Positions 25,330-36,871 of a stretch of 64,000 bases of DNA are shown here, in pieces. Position 1 is the first letter of the stretch, and every line of letters begins with the position of its first letter. The stretch covers positions 56,360,001-56,424,000 of the forward strand of contig CM052816.1 in assembly GCA_028534125.1 (NCBI GenBank), in the 5' to 3' direction. A model generated the notes under the pieces. It was not told the DNA's origin and did no database searches. It worked only from the letters and a program-made list of their open reading frames with translations. Source of the DNA: Lama glama (lineage: Eukaryota). A program made the position numbers and the translations under genes.

Positions 25330-25520
25330 AAGTGGCTAAGAGCTCGACTCCTAGTTTTGCTACTCATGAGCTGTGTGTCTCTGCGCAGGCCGCATGACCT
25401 CTCTGTCCTTCAGTCCCCGCTCTGTAAAATGGGATAGTCATAGCACCTATCTCCTAGAGCTATTTGTCAAATATTTACAACAATGTCTGGCACATAATGA
25501 ACCCTGTAAAAGTGTTTTAA
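25330..25520 (+). mobile_element. MIR SINE
   Basis: gtggctaagagc...gagctgtgtg...ctctctgtccttcagtcccc..ctgtaaaatgggatagtcatagcacctatctc...tctggcacataat. Confidence 0.75.
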
Positions 25521-25699
25521 AATACATAAACCTTAATGGAAGCCTTTTCATTGCGTTCCTTCTGTATCTCAGAGAGTTTTCCAAACATTTCAAGTCAGCA
25601 AACATTTATTGAGCACTCACCTGGACTGGGTGTGTGCCAGGTGCTGGGGAAGAATGAATTTGCATGGTTTCTGCCGTTCCAGGTGTTCATAAGCTAGCA

Positions 25700-26830
25700 G
25701 TCTTTTTAAAAATTTTTTTAATTCAATTAAAAATACTTTGAAACAATGATAAACTTACAAAAGAGTTGTGTGCGCAAAATAAATAATTTTTTCCCTTGAC
25801 CTGTGTGGGTGTAAGCTGACTTGAGAGTGTCTTTCCTACAAATAAGGACATTCTCCTCCACAGCCACGATACAGTCACCCAAGTGAGGAAACAGACTCCA
25901 TTCAAGTTTTGCCACTTGTCCTTGTCATATTTTCTATAGCAAGAGGTTCCCAATAGAAATCACACGTTGAATTTGGTCACACCTCTTCAGTCTCCTCGGG
26001 TCTCGAACATGTCCCTCGTCTTCCCTCATTGTTCGGGACCCTGACACTTTTGAAGATTACTGGCCAGTTATTTTGGATTTGCCTGATGATCACTCATAAT
26101 GCGATTGAGGCTGTGCCTTTTGGGGAGCAGCCACAGAAATGACTCTGTGTTCTTTTCATCCCACCTGATAGGATGGTGCGAGATTTCACTCCGTCGGTAC
26201 TGATGATGTCCCGCTGTGGGCACTTGACGAAGATGGCGAATGCCAGGCTTCTCCACCGTAAAGTGATCCTCTGCTCCTTTGTAATTCAGGAGCATTTTGT
26301 GGGGAGGCACTTTGAAACTATGTAAATATTCTGTTCTTCTTCAAGCTTTTGTTTGTTTCTTTCAGAATGGTCTCAGTTTCCTATTTAATGGGTTGTAACC
26401 TGCTGCTCTTGCAAATTTTTTTTTGAGGTTCAAATTGTCCCTGATTTGGTTAGTGGCAGTCCACTGAAGTGGCCTCTGTGTCCTTCGGACATTTCTACCT
26501 CATTCCTTGAGCTCTCCCTTGCTTTCTGGGGTGGCAAGAAACTCCACTTATCTTGTACTTTCCCGATTCCAGCTCTGGCATCAGCCCTTTCTCCAGGGAG
26601 CCCTGGTTTCCTTTGGAGAAGGATATTCTGAAGTAACCATCTAGGCACACTTGGTGTGCTCACTGTCATCATGGTGTCATTTCCCTCAGGCCCTCGCAGT
26701 GGACAGAGCTTTATTTATTTCTATATTTATGTATGTGGATTGAAAACCATTTATTCACATCAATTATTTCCAAATCCAGTCCAACCATACATAGGGTTCA
26801 TTCTAGTTTTCTCCCTTTCTGCTAGCCTTC
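25700..26830 (-). mobile_element. Ancient L1MC-like 3' end
   Basis: ttcctacaaataaggacattctcc; gacacttttgaagattactggccagttatttt; caaattgtccctgatttggttagtggcagtcc; cccctttctccagggagccctggtttcctttgg. Confidence 0.8.
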
Positions 26831-27323
26831 AAATGCTCCCTTCTCTGCTCAGTCCTCCAGTACGTAACCAATCTCCCATCTCCCCTTGTCAGACTCCCTC
26901 CTTTAGATGCTCAGGCTCTGACCTGAATTCTGGGTCACAGTTCCCTCCTGCCACACGAAGCCCTGCCTCTGACACCACATCCTGCGGGCTCCCAGACTGG
27001 GACGCCCTTCTCGCCTTATTCGGGCTGACTTCCCTTGCTAGGCTGTTCCTCTAGGCAGACACCTTCCTTAGCTGCCCCCGAGCTCCAATCCCCTTGCCAG
27101 GCCACCCCCTCCCCCTGCTCAGGCTTTCTGTCAGTCATTTACAGAGTGACTCAGAGCAGATTTTAAAAGGCTCCCCTTTAGACACAAAAGGAGTTTAAGA
27201 AACCAAACTCTAGAAACAATAACCACAACCACCTCATTTAGTAACATTATGACACTGAACACGTGTAGCTTAGACCACTAAGATGAAATTTGTCGATTCT
27301 CTCCCCTTCTCTTCCATTTTTAG

Positions 27324-27392
27324 ACTTTAAAACAAATGCTGGGAACTTAGCTGTGAGACTTTGGCAGTTGACTGATGGAGAAGAGGATGAAG
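27324..27392 (+). CDS. Candidate internal exon d (69 nt, phase 1->1, GC donor)
   Basis: Long pyrimidine tract ctctccccttctcttccatttttag; reads (D)FKTNAGNLAVRLWQLTDGEEDE in frame with exon c; purine-rich ESE-like end; donor AAG|GCATGT. Confidence 0.45.
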
Positions 27393-28511
27393 GCATGTCT
27401 GGGTTCGCACCGTGTAAAGCATATGCAAGCCTAGGGGGAAAGGAGGCAACATGCAACCGAGACAAAAGGGGCAGATTCTTCTCTGCCTCTATTATGGTGT
27501 CTGATCTCGACTCCAGAACCAGATGTCCTGATTAAGGAATAAATGAAGGCTGGGATATAGTGAAGTGTTCAAAAAGAGGCAACTGACAGGAAATGCTTCT
27601 GGTAGACCAGGAGACTTCAGGAAAAAAAAATCCTATTTTATGTAAGTGAGCTTCCTCTTGCTCCAGGGCAGCAGGAAATGTAATCTCCCGGGAAAGAGAG
27701 TTGAAGATTTCATTTTCTGGTTATCACGTTTTCTATGCTAGAGAAGCAATTTTCCATCAAATGCGAAGACTAGGAAGGATGACTGGATTTGATCAGCTGG
27801 TGCACCCCTCCTTTTCTGGGGAACACCCTCAGGGGGCAGCACTTCCAGGCAAGGAAAGCCCCGTCTGCTAGGCTGGAGGGCCTCGTGATGGGGGCGGGGG
27901 CGCTCCACTGCTCCCCGAGGTGAATCAGAACACGAAACAGGATTGTCCCAAGCTGTGTGTAATGGCATTCCAAAGGAAGATGAAGATTCCTGGAGGGAGC
28001 AAACTCCCCAAATTGTTCTTGTTTTATCCTTCTCTTAAATGTGTGTCTCTGGGTGGAGAGGCCAAGGAAGAAGAGCCCCCTCCCTCAGGCTGAACCACCC
28101 TCCAAGGTGCTCCCTCTGCCCGCGCCACCGTGTCCCAGATCTTTGTCAGAGTTCTCATTAGGGAGGACACCGTCTCTGTTTCCCCCAGCTCCCAGCTGTA
28201 CAGGGAGCTCTTCCCGCCCCACACGGGACCAGGGAAGTGCTATTGAGGAGACGTGCTGATTTTTATTGGGTATGACTTACACTGCATCCCTGTTTCATTT
28301 TTCCTTTTTAAGAATAATCACTTCAAAATGATTAACGATGCCTGAAGCCACCAGTCTAGTTTCCTGTGGTGAAGTGCGGAACTTTTGTGCATGTCTGGGT
28401 TTGTAGGAGGGTGTGCTCCCAACTCCAGGGAGAGAGTTTCCCATACTGAACAGACAGTGGGGTCTTTGTTCAGAAAAGCTGACTCTCTGGAGGAAACACC
28501 ATGGAATGGGA

Positions 28512-28541
28512 CCATATCCCATATCCCATATCCCATATCCC
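28512..28541. repeat. (CCATATC)4 heptamer tandem repeat
   Basis: Direct observation. Confidence 0.95.
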
Positions 28542-29870
28542 CTGCAGGGAGGGAAGGCTTTGCTCCTGTTACAGAAGGGAAGGGAAATCCTTTACTTCTT
28601 AAGGTGTCAGAACAAGAGAGTGGCTGGGTTAGCAGGAGTTTAATCCTTTTTCTTTTTTGGTGGCAGTTGAGAACAATGAGGATGGTGTCTTTGAAAACAG
28701 GTGGGATTACTGGAGGATTACAATAGAGGAATAGGTAAAACCAAGGGTCACCGCCCTGCTGGGATGCGGCCATTCTGCTGGACCACTAGGCTGAGCTGCC
28801 AAACTAATTCCGCGGGGAGCTCTCAGACTCCCATCCTCTCTTCACTGAGGACCCAGAAAGGAATGGCAGGGTGGATTTGCAGCTGCTGCATTTGACATTT
28901 TTGTGACTCCTATATGGAAGAGTATGGATGGATGATCCTTGTTTATGGAAATGAAAACTAGAATATCGGCGTTAGATTCTTTTTCAGAATTTTGGAAGTC
29001 TAGTATTTTGTCATGTAAATCTCTTCCCTTACCCACACTAAGCCTTTATAGTATTGCTCTAAGCAGGATGATTTGATGGAGTGGAACAGAAAAACAGACC
29101 ATAAGTTGACCTCTTCTGGGGCTCTGTGCAAACTACCATGGTCCCTTTCCTCAATAGAGTGATTTATAGGGGAGCTGACCTTTCCATTCAGAAGCGCTGA
29201 CTGCCTGGGCTCACGGACTAGCTCAGGAGAGACCAGGCAAGGAAGGGGTCCCAGGAGCTCTGCACCCTAAGGGAGGGGCCCTCGAGTGAGCGTGTGTGCA
29301 CGTGGGATGCCGTCTCCCTTCTGAACACGTTCATTCCATCAAGTCTGTTTCCCTAGGAACTATAACCTTTCTCACTTCCAGGGGGGCAGAGGGAAAACAG
29401 GGGGTGAGGGCGGCAAGGGAATTAGAAAGCATGAAGCATTGGGGCACAATGACCTTCTGTTAGAAAAGTCAGATGTAAGAAAGCAAAACCAACACCCCCC
29501 CACCACCTGCCGAAACAAAAAAGCTTATACCGGCCCTTCCCTGGCTGTGCTGTTCTGAGGTTCCCTTGTGTCAACCAGGCTTTCATTTTGCAGAACTATC
29601 TTAGCATCAACTGTGTTTGAAATTGTAAGTCGTTTTGGGTAGTGTTCCCGAGGGGTTGCAGCCCGGACGACTGATCTTTATGCTAACAGGCAGAGCACCT
29701 GCCTGAGAAATCTGGGAACACAGGTTTTCTTCCCACGCCGCCTCCTCCATGCAAATCAATCTATTAGCTGGTGTGTGTGTCGGTTTATTTAGGAACATGT
29801 GTGCTGACAATTGGCTTCTGACTGTAAAATATGGTCCTGGGGGAGGAAATGATTGATTGCCTGTTTTAAA

Positions 29871-29877
<7 letters not shown>

Positions 29878-29909
<32 letters not shown>
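29878..29909. repeat. (TG)16 microsatellite
   Basis: Direct observation. Confidence 0.97.
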
Positions 29910-29910
<1 letters not shown>

Positions 29911-30163
29911 CATGTTTGAGGACAGTCACTATTAGTATGTGTGTCTACAAAACTTAAAGGCAAATAATCACTAAAAAATTGGAAGGTGTGAATAAACAAA
30001 GAAGCTCTTAGGGTTGTCAGGACGTTTGTGCCCTCCTGATGGGCATGGAGTCAAAGAAATCTCATTTTTTGCTGAATGCATTATTTCTAAATATACAACA
30101 GGAGGCCATTCAGGGCAAAAGAAAATGTCCATCTCTTGGATAGTCAATATGGTGACACACACC

Positions 30164-30248
30164 TTTTTTTTTTTTTAAATGGTCCTGGATTGAACCCAGG
30201 ACCTCATGCGTGCTAAGTACGCACTCTACCGCTAAGCTATACTCTCCC
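30164..30248 (-). mobile_element. tRNA-Ala-derived camelid SINE (vic-1 type)
   Basis: Reverse complement GGGAGAGTATAGCTTAGCGGTAGAGTGCGTACTTAGCACGCATGAGGTCCTGGGTTCAATCCAGGACCATTT(A)13; similar ACACCT flanks on both sides (degenerate target-site duplication). Confidence 0.85.
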
Positions 30249-31424
30249 TGATGTACACCTTCTTGAAAAGAAAGTGGGGGCTGCAAAGTTCTCAAGTAGG
30301 TCTCTGTTACAAACAAACAGCTTTTTTGTATTTTACTTTTAAAATGCTGGAAGTGGTAGTAAGGTCTTCCATCCAATGTAGTAAGAATACAGACCACGTG
30401 GTCTCTTGCAGAAATCTGAGATAACAGACTAGTTAATATAATTTCCAAAAACCAAAATTTAGGATATTTACAGTTATAAATTCGGCATTTTCCCAAATAA
30501 GGATACTGAAATAAAGAAACAAAGCCAAATGACCACTGTTTCACTGCAGAAAGGGCATTTTAATATAGAAGGCAGGAGGCACCTGAAGTCAGAAGAGCAG
30601 CCTTTAAGTTGAAGGTACGTAACGTGATGGAAAGCCCATCAAGCTCGCTGCCTGTATTGCTCCCACTTTGCTATGAGGGGCATGCGGGAACACCTTCTTT
30701 TCATAACTGCGTGTATGCGACACCTTGAGGACCTTCACCTGGGAATCGACATTCTGTGTTAGAAATGCTATGATAGCAGCGCTGCTCAGAGTGAATTCCA
30801 GAGCAGAGGGGTAAGAGGATTGGAGGCGGTGTGTGTGGGGGGGGGCGGTGAGGAGGGAGCTCATCCAGGGTGGAGAGTGACACCGCTCATTAAGTGCTGA
30901 GGCCCCATCTCAGTGTGTGCATGCATTACTTCATTTAATTGCTGTCTTGTTTCCTGAGGCTTGCTTCCATTTACAGATGTTCCCAGGCTGTGTACACTGA
31001 GGCTCTGGAGCATGGCCCCAGCCAGTACCTTCATGAAGGTGGCAATTTGGGTTGGGGTGGGGGAACACTGCTGAAACAGGCTGGATGGGAAACTGGAAAG
31101 GTAGGGACGCAAACTCTAGACTTAAAATAGGAGAAGGCAGTGCCACAAAAGACAGGAAGGTAAAAGCCATCAGACACCCAGAGAGGTGGGGAGAAGGGGC
31201 CGGGATTGACTACAGGTATTGATGAGGTGACTGGGAAAGGACCAAGCACCAGTGAAGCAGACCCCGGGGTCGGCTGGCAAAGAGATCAGCTTGCAGAGGC
31301 TGAGGCCTGGGTCCTGACAAGTCTGGTGAGAAAGGGAAGCCGGGAGGTGGGAGGAGACAGCCATTCCAGAAGGCCACAGAGGGACAGTTGTGTTTTCTCC
31401 CTTTTTTTAATGGAAAGGCTCGGA

Positions 31425-31830
31425 ATTTTCATCCAACTCAAGCATTTATTGCGCGTCTACCTAAGTCAGTACCAAGGATTGCGGTAAGTGCTGGGGATTT
31501 AAAGATAAAAGAAGCAGGCTCTGATCTTAAAGGGTTCTCAGTCTGGGAACTTCTGGAGGGAGACAGAGGGGGAGACTGATCATGCTAATGTATTGTGTCT
31601 AGGGCTCCCCAGGAGCAAAACCTGGTGCTCTCGCTGCACAGAGTGAGAGTATTAATTGACCTTAACCGGGGAGGGCCATTGATCAGGAAGAGCATTATAG
31701 GGGTCATTGCTGAGCTGGGCTTTGAAGGATGATTAGGAGCTCTCCAGGTAACGAATGGAGGAATGGCGTTGTAGGCAGAGAAAACAGTGGGTGCCAAGGA
31801 CTGGAGAGACCTTAGTGGGTTGTACTGCTG
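31425..31830 (-). mobile_element. L2 LINE fragment
   Basis: tcatccaactcaagcatttattgcgcgtctac...aagtgctgggga...tgagctgggctttgaaggatgattaggag. Confidence 0.7.
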
Positions 31831-33263
31831 GAGTAGATGGCACAGCGAGGCAGGAGGTGGCGGGGGTGGCTTATGAGTTTCATACTAGGCTGAGGACTTC
31901 GGGTTTTCTGTGTCAGTAGATAGAGGGGAGGCAGCCAGCTGAACAAAGATGAGGGGATGGTAACTGAGTGGGGAGGAAGAGAAGCTGAGTGCAGGTAGGA
32001 GTGGTTTTGAGGTGGGGGCAGGAGCACCCCAGGGGCCGGTGGAGGCTGGCCTTGATGTCCCCCTGCAGTCGCGGCTGCAGCCATCTGGCTGTGAGGAAGA
32101 GACCGGGACGGGGGAGAGGGAGGGGGTCTGGAGGAGCCACTCTGGGGAATTCCAGAGAGAAATAAAAGGATGGCCATATTGTATTATTTGAGAGTCACAA
32201 AGACTTTCATCAGAGTCGTAACTGATTCTCACTGACACCATCACCCCTACATCTGCTCTTCTGCTTTTAAATGAAGTGCGATCTTCCTTTCCAGTATCCG
32301 TTCTCGGCAAAGATATCAAGTGCCAGGGGCATGGCTGTTCAGAACAGGAGCCAAGGTATATTGATTACAGATTCCCTGTCCTCTTGTTGAAACTTGTCTA
32401 TGTTTAACAGGGGTGAACAGCCACCAACAGGAAGGACTCTTGCTAGGACACCAATTATTACTATTGGTGGGAGGTTTTCAATGAAGAGGAAAATCAGGAC
32501 AAGTGTTTAAACTCAGTGTGTATTTAAAAGTGAATTCCTACCATTCTTTTTTTTAACCTCCAAGAGAAAACGACATAGAAAAGATAGCACGGTTAGTGTG
32601 AGGAGCGCTGGGTCTGCAGCCCAGAGGCTGAGGGTTTTGCCCCGGTTGTACTATTAATAACCTGTGTGCCTTTAGCAAAGTTTATTCTTGCTTCCACTTC
32701 GGATTACAATTTTTCTTTCTTCCCCCATCACACACCACAATTGTAGAAATACAATAAATATTAGAGGACTTAAGATTTTCCATTTATGATTTTATAGATA
32801 CGAATAATTTCAGGAGATTGTTCTGAATTCTATTCTGATGCCAAATTTATAAAATGAAACTGACTAATGTATATTTGATCAGCTCTTGAAAAGTCATGTT
32901 TGGTTAGGAGACTCCCTAGTTTCTACTGTAAGGGAAAAGTGGTGATGAGACCAGAATATGAGAAACCAGCAGGTGGAGAATCAGAGTGACTCACTGTAGA
33001 AACATTCTGGAGAAACTAAATGATGAAAGAAGCGCAGGTTTCGCAGAAGATGCCTGGTGGGTGCTGATGCTGTCCCACCACGGTTTTAACATGCAATTTA
33101 GATGACCTGTGGCAAGTTTTCAAGTAGAAGAAAATGTGCTTGAATTCTTTCTCCCATTAAAAGAAGATACAGAAAAAAAAAAAGAGGATAGTATTTTCAG
33201 GAGGCTAATCATGCTATGACCAACTTCTGCAAAAGGAGCTTTTGGTTTTTAAGGAGTTAACTT

Positions 33264-33743
33264 CATGGTGGACAGAATAATGCTCCTCCCTCTCCACCAA
33301 GATATCCGTGTCCTAATTCCTGGAAAGCGGATGTGTTACTTTACATGGCAAAGGAACTGTGCAGATGTGATTAAGGTAAAGGATCTTGAGATCAGAGATC
33401 ATCCTGGATTAAGCAGGTGGGCTCAGTGTCCTTCTAAGAGGAAAGCAGGGGTGAGGGTCAGAGAGGAGATGTGACAGTGGAAGCTGGGGTGGGAGGGATG
33501 CTGTTGGTGAAAGGGAGTCGTGAGCCAAGGAAGCTCATGGCTTCCAGAAACCGAGACAGACAAGGAACGGATTCTCCACGAGAGCTTCCAGAGGGCTTGC
33601 AGCCCTGCCAACTCCTTGCTTTTAGCCCCTCTAAGGCCCAAGTTTGGAATTCTGACCTAGGTGCTATAAGGCAGTGAAGTTGTGTCGTCTTGAGCCAGAA
33701 AGTTTATGGTGACTTGTTACAGCAGCAATAGGAGACTAATACA
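33264..33743 (+). mobile_element. MLT1D-like MaLR LTR
   Basis: tggtggacagaataatg...atgtgttactttacatggcaaaggaactgtgcagatgtgattaaggtaaaggatcttgagat...acagcagcaataggagactaataca. Confidence 0.88.
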
Positions 33744-35119
33744 AATGTGCTGGGTGGGTTCGATCCTCTGGATTATATACACTTCCTGGGTCACAAACTC
33801 CTGGGGAGCAGCGCCTAGCATGAAGCGAGAACTCAGGCACTGGCTGAGTGAATTAATGAAATCGTGCCAAATGGGGAATTTTCAAATGCATCCAAAGGAA
33901 GAAACGGATCAAGAGGAAGCATGTTTACCACTTCTGGCTTGGTAAGACCTGGGTGTCACCCTTTGATGATACCGACCGAAGGTGAAAACGGGTTGTGAGG
34001 GAGTGTGAGGACGTGTCCTTTTGTCCCCAGACTCCCTGGTTCCAGCCATTTTCCTCCCCTCGTTTCTTCCCTGACACCATGGCCTCCTGAAGTCTGGTGT
34101 GAACAGTTGGCTCGTGGGTGAGTGACCGGAGTGGGCTGTTACTCATCCAAGAAAGATCTCTGCCAAGTCTTGTCTCTTGCCAACTCACACGGCCCTACGA
34201 TTGGTGGGAAGCAGTGTCTGGTCCCTCAATATCCTTGTTCCTCTTTCTTCCTCTGTGCTGGGGCTCCTGGGGCCACAGACCTTCTCGAGACACTCAAGGC
34301 CTGGGCCTGACATCACCCTCAGAGACTGCCTGGCCTGGGAGCTGGGGGCCTCTTCTGTCTGGACACCAGCTGCCCCTCCCTTGGGCTTTCGGCTGAGCTC
34401 CTGTGAGGGCTGGTGTCACCATGGCCAGGTTCCCATTAGGGATTTTGCTTCCTACCCTCTCTCAGGACTCTGATGCTGCTTCTCTAGAGGCTGCACTGGA
34501 AGTTCCATGCTTTCTCCTGTGATTCCTGGGTTCCTGCGGCCCAGGATGCTGCAAAGGGCCTGTTCCTCACTCCACAGGAATCCTGTTTCTCCTCCACCCC
34601 GGAGCCCCTGTCTCTGCTCCTCTCCCTTCTTCTCCTCTCTATCCTGGATGACTTTATCAGAGAAGCTCCGTTCAGCCCCTCTGGCCTTTTCCCTTTGAGC
34701 ACCAAACACCCGGGTGGCCCGCCTGAGCCATGCTTCCCTACCCAGCCTGGCTGTCTCTTCACCTGCTGCCAAACTGCTGTCTGGGGGGCCACGCCATCCA
34801 GTTTTCAAAGAAGGCCCTAGGGATTGAGAAATTTAGAGCATTGAAATTCAGATGATTTAAAGCGTCATGGAATTGAAAATTAAATTCTTTTCAATTTAAG
34901 AATGTTATGAATTCCTTTAGTAAGCACATGGGGTGTGTTGGCTGCAACTTCTGTTGCTCTGTAGATTGCCAGGGCTGAACTGGTTGATGGCGACGGGGAG
35001 CTTCCCGCTTCCCCTCTCACTGGGCTAGGGACAGCTCTTTCAGGGACGTGTGCTGGGGTGAAAGGATGGCCTTCTCCAGCAGAGGAAGGCATCTTGGTAA
35101 AGATTATTCAAATTACACG

Positions 35120-35677
35120 GAGGGCACATACCCTGAAGAATAGAAAGCAAGGGACTCAAACACGTATTTGTACACCACGTTCACAGCAGCATTATTTATA
35201 ACAGCCTCAACGTGAAAACAACTTAAATGTCTTTGAACAGATGAATCAATAAGCAAAATGTGGTGTCTACATGCGTGATGGAGTACTACTCAGCCTTGAA
35301 AAGAAATGAAATGCAGATACATGCTACAGTGTGGTTCAACCTTGAAGATATTATATGCTAAATGAAATAAGCCAGGGGCCAAAGGAGACACAGTGTAGGA
35401 TTCCATTTATAGGAGATACTTGGAATAGTCAAATTCATGGACAAAAGGTATACTGGTGGTTACCAGGGCTTGGGGAGAGCAAGAAATGGGCAGTGGTTGT
35501 TTCATCGGTCCAGAGTTTCAGCTTGGGAAGATGAGAAGGTTCTGGAGATGGAAGGGGGAGATGGCTGCCCAAAAAGATGAATGAACTTAATGCCACTTCA
35601 CCATACACTTGAAAGAGGTTAGAATGGTAAAATTTATTTATGTGTATTTTATCACAATAAAAAATATTAAAAAAAAA
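35120..35677 (+). mobile_element. L1MB-like 3' end with A tail
   Basis: gttcacagcagcattatttataacagcc...acagatgaatcaataagcaaaatgtgg...tgtgtattttatcacaataaaaaata. Confidence 0.88.
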
Positions 35678-36803
35678 TGACATGGAATCACAGTCTGGTG
35701 GTTTTCCTATAAGACACATTCATTTTGTGGTGAAGGGTACACACACAAAAGTCCAAAGATGCACCAAAATTGTTGAAGGAGCTGACTTCATGTGGTTCCC
35801 ATTCTGTGTACCTTCCTCTTTCCAAGTAACGGTGAGAAAACCTTCTCTAAATAGCACTAAAGTACACCTTCCTAAGTAATTTTTTTCCTGTGACTCTTGC
35901 ACTCATCTTGGGAAAGAAAACATGTTTAATGAGTAAAATGAGTCAAATGTGTATATGCAAAAGTTAGCAAATAAACTTGGTGACTGTGGCCACTCCTTGG
36001 AGTTATGCTGGGTCGGTCCCTGGATTTTGCAAGCTATGCATACATACTGACTAACTCCTCTTAGCCTGGGAAGTATGCCGCCTCCAGGTAGCAGGAATTC
36101 TGAAGGGGAGCTTGGATTGAAACAAAGCAAGCACTCTGATTTCTCTTTGTTTAAGTCATTTTTGTGGCTGATAGTGGTGTTGAACTTTTGAAAAAGAAAT
36201 GCCACCGTGTACTCTGGGAAAGGGAGTTTGTTGTCTGAGTGGAATAAACATAGATTGGGTGGCTGGGTGCCCTGAGAACTCGGTGGGCTTAGCGGGTGAT
36301 TTCTAGCGAGTCATTTTGCCATTCTGGGCCTGCGTGCAGTGGGGCAGTCGGGGTTCATAGTGAGCTGCATCATACCTGCCCAGACTCCCAGGGCAGCCCA
36401 GGCTGGGTTTTTTTAAAAAAATAATTTTGGGTGCAGCCATTGTGAGAAAGGAAGTACCTCCTCTAATGTAATTTAAAACAAAGATAATATTAAGTCATCA
36501 AATGTGTAAGGAACCCCAACAAGATACTGCATTTTGCCCTGACGATTAATTCAGAACTGTATTGAAACATCAAGTTGCAATTATTTCATAGTATCTTCTC
36601 TTCCTTTCCCCATCCCTCCTCCCTTCCACCCCCTGTCCTCTCTCCTTCAGTTTTTCTATCTTCCTTCTTTCATTTGTCTTTCTTTGCTTTGTTTTGCTAT
36701 GCATACACCCCAGTACTGCTTTGTCTGCCTTTCATGTAATCCAGTGCTGCCAAAACCAATGCCAGAGAAAACCACCCATTCTCCTTTGCTATCATGCCTT
36801 TAG

Positions 36804-36871
36804 ACAGGGAATACAAGATTATCAGTGAAAGTTCTAGAGAGAGGTGTAAGGAGTTGGCAGATAAATTGTCG
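36804..36871 (+). CDS. Candidate internal exon e (68 nt, phase 1->0)
   Basis: Acceptor ctcctttgctatcatgcctttag, strong donor TCG|GTAAGA; reads (D)REYKIISESSRERCKELADKLS in frame with exons c and d. Confidence 0.4.

Noticed and set aside
30391..30404. Perfect 14-bp palindrome AGACCACGTGGTCT
   Set aside because: About four such palindromes are expected by chance in 64 kb (64000/4^7)
4267..36871. Assigning a gene symbol to the exon chain
   Set aside because: I cannot reliably match the peptide to a known protein and no diagnostic domain exon lies in the window
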